Assembly: GCA_051942245.1 (NCBI GenBank)
Contig: JAVECL010000144.1
Coordinates: forward strand, 1 to 44,321
DNA length: 44,321 nt
Direction of reading: 5' to 3'
From: Trypethelium eluteriae
Taxonomy: Eukaryota
A program made the position numbers and the translations under genes. Each line of letters starts with the position of its first letter. Within the stretch, counting starts at the first letter, position 1. A model generated the notes under the pieces. That model was not told the DNA's origin. It saw nothing but the letters and a program-made list of their open reading frames with translations, and searched no databases. Of the stretch, positions 11,807 through 21,057 are shown in pieces.

Positions 11807-12482
11807 TCAGTTCCGCCCCTGCAGTTCAAGATCAGTATCAGGCTTCAATCAGACGTAAGCATAGCCATGCCCTACCTCAAGAAAACCAGCAATGAAATCC
11901 TTCGGTAATCGCGCCTTTGGGTCCTCCTCTGACCTGAAGTACTTGAGCACGTGTGTCAACTGTTTCCAGAAGTTCAATGTTTCCTGTACGAGGCCATAGC
12001 ATTAGCCGTTATTCATAGAATTGTAATGCGCCTAGATTATTTCAGACCTGGAACTCCTGATGCGAATGGAAAAGCAGTACATCCACTGTCGGAAGTTGTG
12101 CAACATATCGGTGTCGTTCGAACTCTTGTCGGATCTTGGTACGAATGGCGGAGACGGGCATGTTTAGGGAGTACATCTGCTGGATTTCTGGTGCCTGTCA
12201 AAGTGGTTCCTGTTAGCCGTGTACTGATCTCTTCAATTCATCTTCCGCATGGCAACATTGACTTTCTACTCTCGCTGCTTTTTAGGAGATTCTGGGGAGA
12301 CATACAGCTCGCAGCCATTCCCGATAGCTCTTGAAGACTCTGTACTGTGCATCACCCCAATTGGTCGCTGGTGCTTCAGTCAGTCCTCAAATTCTCGGTT
12401 GGACATGATCCCACAAACAAGAGCGCGTCCTCTGGGCCAAATACGTCGCGTTGATCTTTTGCAGGGCAGTAGTAGCCCTCAT
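11807..12482 (-). CDS. NDUFA6: NADH:ubiquinone oxidoreductase 14.8-kDa subunit (NDUFA6/B14, LYR family), 130 aa, 5 exons
   Basis: Absent from the ORF track. Introns 12418-12368, 12305-12195, 12047-11984 and 11875-11819 give ...[64 protein letters not shown]...[41 protein letters not shown]. Confidence 0.93.
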
Positions 12483-13095
12483 GATGTCGCCGTGGCTTCT
12501 CCGTTCTTAGCTGGTCGTTGTCGTTAAACGGAGCTCGCTTCACGATGCGGGCTGCCGAGCGGAAGCAAGACCCCTGCCGCTCTGCCGCCTCAGGATCAGG
12601 TCAGGGTCAATAAGAAACATCAAGTTGTTATGATGAGGCCGAGTTCTCGATATCTCATAGCTCGCGCCCTGACTTGCCGCCTGCGAGTTTTTGAGATTCT
12701 TATGCAGAATTCAGGCTGCGTGTCGGTAGGAATAAGCACAAAAAAGTTCGATTTAAAAGAATGCATTTATCGCGTGCCGTGGTCCCATCTGTAGAGGTAC
12801 TTCGTTTTAGGACAAAAGTGTCCGGGCAACCCCCAGCGATTTTCTTGCGCCAGCGAGCGGACACTTTTTTCGCATGACTGCACTCCACGTCCCCCTAGGC
12901 TGGCGTGGCTGGGAGACCCCACCAAAAACTATCGGCCACGTCCTCAGCCGCCTCCGTCATTTTTTGGTGGTCGAACTACAAAGATCACCTTCCCTGCCTT
13001 CGACAACCCCGAACGTTCACGCAGGGGAGAAGATCCACCTGATTTCAAAGCTTCTATCAGTCTATAGCTGGGGGATCATATACGCGTAATCAACG

Positions 13096-13726
13096 ATGCC
13101 GCCTATTCGCAGCGCCCGCAATCGCAAACCCCCACCTGCCGGCTTCGACGACATCGAAGACACGCTGCTCGAGTTCGCAAACAAGATGAAGGATGCAGAG
13201 AATGCGAGTCACGAAGGGAAGAAACGGCATGAGATGCTCTGGCCAGTGTTCCAAATATCACATCAACGTGCGTAGAAGACCTTTCTATTTTTTTACCACT
13301 TGTTTATGATTTAAGCACAGCAAGATGTGAGTCGTGTTCAATGCTGATGCTGTGGAACTGCAGGCTCGAGATACATCTATGACCTCTACTACGAAAAGGA
13401 GGCTATTTCGAAACAGCTTTACGACTGGCTGCTTAAAAACGGCTACGCCGACGCGAATCTCATCGCAAAATGGAAGAAGACTGGTTACGAAAAGGTACGC
13501 CTGCAACTCTTCCTTCTCGCTACTCTTCTCAATTTCCGACATGCAAGTTTCTGCGCCAGTGGACTAACATCGATGTGTATAGTTATGCTGCCTCAAGTGC
13601 ATCCAAACGAAGGAAACAAACTTCCAGTCCACCTGCATCTGCCGCGTCCCCAAGGCGCAGCTAAAAGAAGATCAGATCATTGAGTGTGTCAGCTGCGGAT
13701 GTAGGGGCTGCTCGTCCGGAGACTGA
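13096..13726 (+). CDS. BUD31: Pre-mRNA splicing factor Bud31/Cwf14 (G10 protein), 148 aa, 3 exons
   Basis: Introns 13268-13363 and 13495-13582 give [24 protein letters not shown]...[62 protein letters not shown]...CICRVP...[13 protein letters not shown]. Confidence 0.97.
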
Positions 13727-14597
13727 GTTCTGTGAGGGCACCCAGGGTGGCAAATTTACTGATACGGAGGAAGATACCATGAAGAGTGTAGTGGTGGCGG
13801 GATGAAGATTCATGATACCCCATGGCATATATATCCATTCAATGATTTCGTCCAACGGCGTTCAGAGCATGGCAAGGCGAAGATAGATTTCGAGTTCACA
13901 TATTCGCATTTCGATCTCGTGAAATACCTAATCCGACACATACGTCGATCCTCCCATTCCCGTAGCAAGTTCGTAAAACACATTTAAGGCGTTAAGTCCA
14001 TACATCGAAAACAATAAAGAAAAAAACAAAGCTTCAAATCTCAGTGCAGCACGTAACTCCTGTCCGCCTTCACCAACGCTTCGAATACAAGACACAAACA
14101 AGTTTTTTCCACCACAACACCACCGTTGTAGCCACAGTCCAAGTTCCGAACGCACGAGTACCATTGATCGCCCACATTCGATGTCGGAGGGTCTCACAAA
14201 GTAGCAAGAGTTCACCCAAGTACGAATCAAAGACACCAACGCCAGCACACAGGACTCAATAGCAGAGACCAGGGATAGAAAGGCGCCAATACGGGAATTG
14301 GGAATCGGGAGTCCAAACCAGTTACCACAGGTTTGCTACCCATAGTGTCCAGATTCTCGCCAAACGGGTCAAGTGTGTACAGAGGGAAGCAGATTGGGGA
14401 AAACTTTTCGAAGAGCTGTGAGCAATTCAGGCCATTTAGAAAACATTCAAACTTTTTCCCTTCCATTCGGAAAGACTCAGCAAAATTCCGTGAGCTATCG
14501 CCGAGTCCGTCATACTTTGTTGAACCTTGGAGAATGGGTAAATAAGTCTCCCTCAAGCCTGGTAGAAGCAATAGACTCTTGATAGCTGGACACCGCA

Positions 14598-16880
14598 TTA
14601 AAACATGCTAGTGATCCTACGATCCAAACCAGGCCGATTCTTTGATGGCTTCACCTGCTCATGACTGGGCTTGAGACTTCCGTAAGGATTGCGAGTTGCT
14701 GCCGCCGTCGTGCTCGTCCCAGCACCAATCTTCTGGAAACCCTGAAGAATGTCGAGGCCTTCCTCTGACCCATCGCTACCAAGCTCAAGACCAAAAAGCT
14801 CCTCCTGCTGGGGCTCGTCGTCGAAGAATTGAGGGTAGGATGTGGGCTCCTTGCGCTTCTCGGGCGAGTCAAAGCGAAGTGGAGAGCGCAAGACTGGTGG
14901 GTCCAACTTGAAAGGCGAAAGATTAAGGTCAGCTTGAAAGCGCACCGAATTGGACTTGGTCGAGTTGGTGATGTCTCCCAGGACACCTGCTGAGGTGTTG
15001 GCACGTTCCAGGCGAGGTCGCTTTGCTGATCGGCGCTCTGGGGATCCACGTTCCAAGAGTAATTCGGAATATTCCTTGGGATAAAGGTCAAAAGAATTCT
15101 CAAAGTCGTCGTAGTCGGTATTCAGAAAAGTTCCCTCCAGAGTATCCTCGGGAATATGGAACGAAGGGCTCCAGGTATGTCCTCCCGAGAGCGGACTCAA
15201 GCCTTGGGCTGGAGAATCAATCATCTGCTGTATCCGCCGACGATGATTGCGCAGATTTGTATTAGGAGAGAGGGAAGGTGGTGGCTTAGCAGGACGCTTG
15301 AAAACGACCGCAGGAGTGAGTGGTCCGCCCTTCTTGGAAGCTGGCTGCGGACGGAGAGGTGAAGATAAGGTAAGAGCAAATGATGGCTGCTTCAAGTTTG
15401 GCGTCGGTTTGGAAGGGCTATCATATGAAGACGAACGCATGCGAGCAATCTCCTCTTCAGCTCTTCCACGCTTGCTGCGGCTTGGACGATCCACATCGCT
15501 CTCAGATGGGAACGCATGACTCTTCCCTCGGGTTGCAGATGACTCAATCGAGGAATAATAGCCACTATCGTTGACCGGAAGCTTTCTCTTACGACCTCCT
15601 CCAGAGCGGCTCCCACCAGATATTCGTGCAACGACAGGCGGAGTATTGTCGCGTTGTGAAGAGCGAGTAATTGGAGCAGGTGGAGAAGACCGAATGTCAG
15701 CCGCTGGTGGAGATGAGCGGATATGACGAGGTGGAGGTGGCATACGCGCATCATCCAAATCCTCTTGTAGGGCTGGATCAGATGCAGGGATGGTAGCGTC
15801 GGATGAGAGCTCCGTATCATCCGGAAATTTGCTGGCATCAATTTGCTTGGTCTCAAGCCGTTTGACCGGGAATGGATTCATAGGAAAAGCGCCCATGACA
15901 GGAGCAGTGGATGATCTAGGCATTACACCGACATCACCAGCGACTACCTGGAGGAAAGACTGTCCTTCAGTGTTTGGGCCACGACGTACAACATTCTTGT
16001 CTTTAAGAAACTGTTTCTCGAAACCAGGTTTGATGGCCCAATAATTTCCTTTACCGGGATCATCCTTGGGTCGCTCTTGTTTGATGAAAGCCTTGTTAAG
16101 GCTAAGATTGTGCCGAATGCTGTTCTGCCAGCCAGCGTCTGCGCTTTGGTAGAACGAGAACGTGTCGGAGATCCATTTGTAGATCTGAGCAAGGGTAAGC
16201 CGGCGGTTCGGGGCACGAAGAATTGCCATCCCAATAAGGTGGGCGTAGCTGAATTGCGGCTTGGTGCCATCGTCTTCCAGGGGTGGCATCTCGTTTGGAG
16301 CAGGTAAGGGCACCGACTCCGCTGCGTCCTCGGTCTTCTGTCTCTTCACATTCCCCGAGCGCTCCTTCAGTGGTGCAGCTTCCATCAGGGCTCGCTTCCC
16401 TGTCAACTTTTGTTTGTATATGGGTTCCGCATTGTAATCGGTACTATCGGATAGAGGCATAGAGCTGATAAGATTCTCCTTGTCACTGGCGCCTTGTGAT
16501 GAAAAGGTGTGAAAAAGAGCAAGTGGCGGTTTTCCAACTGGTGGGGGCCTCATTGTGGAATAAATAGCGCTCTTCTGCGGAGAGTCTGTTGTGAAAAATG
16601 GTCCTCGAGGTGGTGGGATGTCAATTGATTCAATGTAGGCTTCTGCGCCTGGCCTGAGTGGAGAACTGGAGGGTGGTGAAGAAGATTTCATTGGTGTTGG
16701 ATGAGGCGGCTGGGAGCTGGGTGGTTCCAAAACGACGCTACGGTTAATTGACGCGTCGTTGAGGGGTTGTAGTGCGGAGAGTAACTTTTCTTCTACGTCG
16801 ACGGATTCGTTGTTGTAGTCGAAAGGCTGTTCTGGGTCGGCATAGATCTGCAAGGCTGGCGATCGACGCGTGACGGCCAT
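14598..16880 (-). CDS. Forkhead transcription factor, Sep1/Hcm1 type, 760 aa, single exon
   Basis: ATG at 16880. Forkhead domain [38 protein letters not shown]...[34 protein letters not shown], with no FHA domain. Many S/T-P sites. Confidence 0.9.
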   Translation of the reverse strand: MAVTRRSPALQIYADPEQPFDYNNESVDVEEKLLSALQPLNDASINRSVVLEPPSSQPPHPTPMKSSSPPSSSPLRPGAEAYIESIDIPPPRGPFFTTDSPQKSAIYSTMRPPPVGKPPLALFHTFSSQGASDKENLISSMPLSDSTDYNAEPIYKQKLTGKRALMEAAPLKERSGNVKRQKTEDAAESVPLPAPNEMPPLEDDGTKPQFSYAHLIGMAILRAPNRRLTLAQIYKWISDTFSFYQSADAGWQNSIRHNLSLNKAFIKQERPKDDPGKGNYWAIKPGFEKQFLKDKNVVRRGPNTEGQSFLQVVAGDVGVMPRSSTAPVMGAFPMNPFPVKRLETKQIDASKFPDDTELSSDATIPASDPALQEDLDDARMPPPPRHIRSSPPAADIRSSPPAPITRSSQRDNTPPVVARISGGSRSGGGRKRKLPVNDSGYYSSIESSATRGKSHAFPSESDVDRPSRSKRGRAEEEIARMRSSSYDSPSKPTPNLKQPSFALTLSSPLRPQPASKKGGPLTPAVVFKRPAKPPPSLSPNTNLRNHRRRIQQMIDSPAQGLSPLSGGHTWSPSFHIPEDTLEGTFLNTDYDDFENSFDLYPKEYSELLLERGSPERRSAKRPRLERANTSAGVLGDITNSTKSNSVRFQADLNLSPFKLDPPVLRSPLRFDSPEKRKEPTSYPQFFDDEPQQEELFGLELGSDGSEEGLDILQGFQKIGAGTSTTAAATRNPYGSLKPSHEQVKPSKNRPGLDRRITSMF

Positions 16881-16937
16881 GGCCACGAGAGGAAAAGAGT
16901 CTTGAGAGACCTCAAAACTGCCTCTATGTGCGATTTG

Positions 16938-17350
16938 ACGCGTCGAAAGACGTAATTCGAATTAATCCGAAAGCGTGGCGGGCTCAGGTAGGTGAGTGAA
17001 GTCTCGATTCGACGCGGTAGGCGCAGTTGAAGGGATTTTCCAGTACCAAATGCTCTTCTACCAAGTGGAGCTCGTAAGGCAGATTATGAGAATAAGGAGC
17101 AATGAGTAATGAGCAATGAGCAATGAGCAATGAGCAATAGAGCAAATCTAGCTGAATGCCAATGTATTGATGCCAACAGTGAGATGTAGTGGGTGAAGAG
17201 AAGAAGCGAGCAGAGCAAGGACGTTGGAGGTGGGGGCATGCACGGCACGTACGGAGTACGAACTGGTGAGCTAATGCCGCGGTGCCGCCCTTGCATCCCA
17301 GTCCACGCTAAATATTAGCGCGTCGCGGAAATCCGTGATCTCGTCGCGTC
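16938..17350. promoter_or_regulatory. Cluster of MCB-like (ACGCGT / CGCG-core) elements upstream of the forkhead gene
   Basis: ACGCGT at 16938-16943, ACGCGG at 17012-17017, GCGCGTCGCGGAAA at 17318-17331, TCGCGTC at 17344-17350. Two more ACGCGT lie just inside the CDS (16866 and 16752). Confidence 0.5.
17097..17138. repeat. Heptanucleotide tandem repeat (GAGCAAT)x6
   Basis: Six consecutive units, one of them the variant GAGTAAT. Confidence 0.9.
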
Positions 17351-17564
17351 AAGTTGTGAGCAACGATTCTGGTCCACTCGTTGCCTGCATTTTACCCAAG
17401 ATGATGCAATGCTGCGCTGGCATGCCCGGATGCTCGAGCTAAATTATATGGTGTCCTGGCCAGTCGATTGACTCATTTGGGGACAAGCCAGGTAGTCTCC
17501 TACAAATCCTGACTCGGCATCTTGCTTTGTAGGTGCCTATCTGCCTACTTCTCCAGCGCTTTGC

Positions 17565-17992
17565 AACACCACTTTGTAAGAGACAACCGCGACCGACAGG
17601 TAATTACCTCATTGCGCACCAGTATGCGGGCAAATCCAGATAACTTTACTTTGTGAGAGACCAAAGTGACTGAAGGGCAATTGTTTTAGCGCACTTATGC
17701 ACGCAAATTGGGATAGAGTAATACTGCTTTATAAAGTTTAGACCCCCAAGGGCACGCAAATCGGGATAGAGTAATACTACTCTGAAATGTTTTAGGGCCC
17801 AGCTGCACGGAAATCGGGATAGAGTAATTCTACTCTGAAATGTTTTAGGCCCCAGCTGCACGCAAATCAGGATAATACTACTTTGTTTGAATACCCAACT
17901 GCGCGCAAATCGAGATAACACCACTTTATAAGACGCAACCATGACCAAAGAGTAACTAATTGCGGCTCAGCATGCTCGCAAGTCTTGATAAC
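17565..17992. repeat. Complex minisatellite/motif array: 7 copies of an 18-bp motif, three 53-bp core units, flanking ~80-bp degenerate direct repeats
   Basis: Motif starts at 17625, 17698, 17751, 17804, 17857, 17900 and 17973. Units 17751-17803 and 17804-17856 are near-identical. 17565-17644 aligns with 17917-17992. Confidence 0.9.
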
Positions 17993-18981
17993 ATAAGCCC
18001 ATAATGGATGGAGATAAGATATTGTCGCAGGAACTATTACCGATATATGTGTATTACGATTGTCAATCTTCGCATCTATCTCTGAACCGTATTGCTCTGC
18101 CTTGGCCATCCATTTGGCAGCGGCCAGCGGTCCATATATGCCAGCTCAGATCAACTAGAGCGAGCCACAGCGCCCATATGCGCTCCACACAGTGTGAGAG
18201 GTATCTCACTCTAGCGCTGTATACTGTTCCAAGCTAGAGGTTAGGATTGGTTCCCAGCTGCTGAGGTAACTCTAATGAGGGAAGGCTGACATCGTCTGTT
18301 GTGTAGGCCTTCGAAATCTTGGAATTGATAGCATGTACGTATTTATGAACACTAAGTAGTAGTAGTAAGCTAGATGGCGCCGTACTGAGGGGATTGTCTC
18401 GACGGACCATATGGCAAAATTTGAGGTCCTGCTATAGGCGCTGCCGGAGGCTATGATGACCACCAGGGTAAGATGCCTAGTAATTACATAAGGTAGGTAC
18501 TTAATGTACCTTACCCCAGGCAGGCCTCAGCAACCGCGCAAGGCAGACTTCGTCTTCAGTGCTTTTGGTACTGCAGTGCTTCCATGGCGCGAGTAAGTGG
18601 ATTCGCACCTCGTTATGTATCTTAGGCGTTCCTCTGCTTCGGTTCACAATGCTCTTGTTCACCCATTTTTGAGAAGATGCGACGGATCTGCACGGTCTTA
18701 GCTCACCTCAGACCAGACCGCACATCAGAGAGTCGTCAGACTGTCACTGCGCTCACTGGAAGATCGCCCCTACTTTTCAAGATGGGATGGAAATCACCAG
18801 CACTCAGATCCACACTACGTAGGCGATTGAATGCATAGGCCTGGAGATCCACAGACGCACAGAACACATGGGGGCCACCAGACGGTGTATACTTTAAGGT
18901 GAAAATTGAATCTTCCTCGTTTGTCTAACTGCAGATTGAAGTTCCCAAGGGCCGACCTAGTATTGGTTGTGTGAGAGCAAG

Positions 18982-20037
18982 TCATGAGCTATTTTTGACT
19001 ACAAAAATACCGATGTCTTCGACTGCATCCGCATCCATGGAATCTTGGACTTGAGATGCCTCACGCAGGCCAGCGAGCTCGTACATAAGTATCATCCGGC
19101 AACACAGGGTCGAAACAATATATCTAGCTACTACGATGAGAGCGTCAGTAATCGAGATGAACAGAATTCCAGATAGAACCACGGTTCCATATACAATATG
19201 AAGCACCGTTCCCACAGCTGTCAGCCATGACATCAGGAGGAAGACGTATGACTCTGGCGTCCGCGTGAGCATCATAGGGTTCTGGCAAATAGAAGGCGTA
19301 ACCTCATTGGCGATCCAATAAGTCAGCTTCTGCGTCAAGTTTCGTCTCCGGTCCCTGGATAATTCTCTGGTGCGAAGACGTAGCGTCAAGGATCCGAGAA
19401 GGTATAATATGACAGCAAGAAAGCTCCACAATAGATAGTCGAACGTGATCCCGGACAAGAAAGTCGATACGGTACGCATTCCCAGCCGGTGACCCAACTC
19501 GACCACGTTAGCAACGGCTGCGAATGCCAAGAGCGCCTCGACAAAGCCGACGAGGATGTTTCCGCCGGATGAGAACCGAGGTAATGGGACGCGACCTTCA
19601 CGTATCCTGAGAATTTCAATCAGCTCCTGATATTCGAACGCTCGTGATACTGATACTGATGGAGACCCAATTGCGAGTAAGAACGAAAGAAGTGGCCGGC
19701 GGATGGCTAAGAGGGCCGTCTCCGTCGTGGTTGATCCAAGAAATGAGAGGATCGTGGGGGTAAGACCGAGTACGACTGCTGCACTTGACATCCTCTCTTT
19801 GGTAGGCTCAGACACAGCGTCTAGCATGCAGTCGATGACAGGCATGGCCCATTCTGCGGAGGTCCCGCTTGAGGTAGAGTTGGTCAAGTAGTCATGGTAC
19901 TGTTGGGCGCAATCTTGAGCGATGATGTTCGAAAGGGTGGCGTTCCAATCAGGAAACCAGTGCTTAAACTGGTCTTTTGAAGCGCATGCGAAGGAAAGCT
20001 GGGCCAACAGTACGAATGCGCTTATCAACGGCGACAT
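18982..20037 (-). CDS. Uncharacterised multi-pass membrane protein with putative signal peptide, 351 aa
   Basis: Long single-exon ORF with hydrophobic N-terminus (MSPLISAFVLLAQLSFACA), a Cys pair in the N-terminal region, the motif SAAVVLGLTPTILSFLG...ETALLAIRRPLLSFLLAIGSP, and 5-6 hydrophobic segments. Confidence 0.8.
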   Translation of the reverse strand: MSPLISAFVLLAQLSFACASKDQFKHWFPDWNATLSNIIAQDCAQQYHDYLTNSTSSGTSAEWAMPVIDCMLDAVSEPTKERMSSAAVVLGLTPTILSFLGSTTTETALLAIRRPLLSFLLAIGSPSVSVSRAFEYQELIEILRIREGRVPLPRFSSGGNILVGFVEALLAFAAVANVVELGHRLGMRTVSTFLSGITFDYLLWSFLAVILYLLGSLTLRLRTRELSRDRRRNLTQKLTYWIANEVTPSICQNPMMLTRTPESYVFLLMSWLTAVGTVLHIVYGTVVLSGILFISITDALIVVARYIVSTLCCRMILMYELAGLREASQVQDSMDADAVEDIGIFVVKNSS

Positions 20038-21057
20038 TCTGGCTGGATTGCTAGTGTTGCTTCAAAGCAGGACTTTAAGAGAGATCTTGAATGAAAAGGC
20101 GGAGGATCTGCCATAGCCAAAGGTGTTAAATAAAAAGACCCATCTGATTTGGGTACGTGATAGGAGGTGAGCTGAGCGTTTGAGCCGAGTCTCTAGGTGT
20201 CCAGCACTCTTGGCACTGCAGGTCGATGCTCAATCTATAATTTGCCTACTGCCAAGAAGTGCGGCATATGGGGAGACACTAGAGTACACCTACGGGTAGC
20301 TGGACGTGTCATTTTGAACATTGAAGTCTGCCCATCGGGGCTGCTGCGGAAGCCGGAGTCATTTTAGGAATCAAGGACCCGGCCATAGCCATGAGCCAAT
20401 TTATGATTTGACATCTGGAAATTAAGAGAACTTGGTTGTGTAGGTAGTTGCTGCGAAGAAAGGTAGGACACATACATGTAGAGATGTAGATTGGGACCGA
20501 GCTTGGGTCGTCGCCCCAAATGAAGGATGGACTAGCCAATTATCTCCCTCCGTTTTGTCGCTTGATAGCCCCAAAAATAGACAGGGTGACTGGTTGCCTG
20601 TTGAATATTTGGCAATAATCATAGCGTACCTTTCCTTTTCGAAACATATTCGTTGGAGGCAAAGGCGGGTGTCAACGAAAAGAGAAATAGGACCGATGCA
20701 AAGACGCATATCTCCCGAGATCACTGCTCCGCATTATAACGATATCTAGAAGTGACCAGCGCACAAGCAAGTTGGCACTACAAACGGCCAGCCCAATTAT
20801 TTATGAAGTAGGACGACAATTCACTTCAAGGCCGTTGGCCAGTATATCGCATTAGGAGTATCTAGAGTCATTTCAGGCGCATTCCGCCTCCGTCATATGC
20901 ATGACATTTCGCGCCTCAGAAATGCATCACCGTCCAAAGCGCCAAAACCGATGCGAGGAGTTCCCCAGTAGTGAGTACAGCAGTGAGTTTTCTGCTCATG
21001 TGAAAGAAAAAGACCCCCCCAACTCGTGACGAAGGAGAAGAATGTGAAGTAGTAGAA

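Noticed and set aside
17632..17918. SreA-type iron-repression sites (ATCWGATAA)
   Set aside because: The array has ATC-NN-GATA with a two-base spacer and does not match the one-base consensus.
17625..17990. CRISPR array (repeat-spacer appearance)
   Set aside because: Eukaryotic context, no cas genes, degenerate repeats, and the intervening sequences are homologous to one another rather than unique.
20309..20724. Possible small spliced gene (GTATGT...TTCCAG intron-like segment)
   Set aside because: I could not build a convincing coding sequence in the frames I tried.
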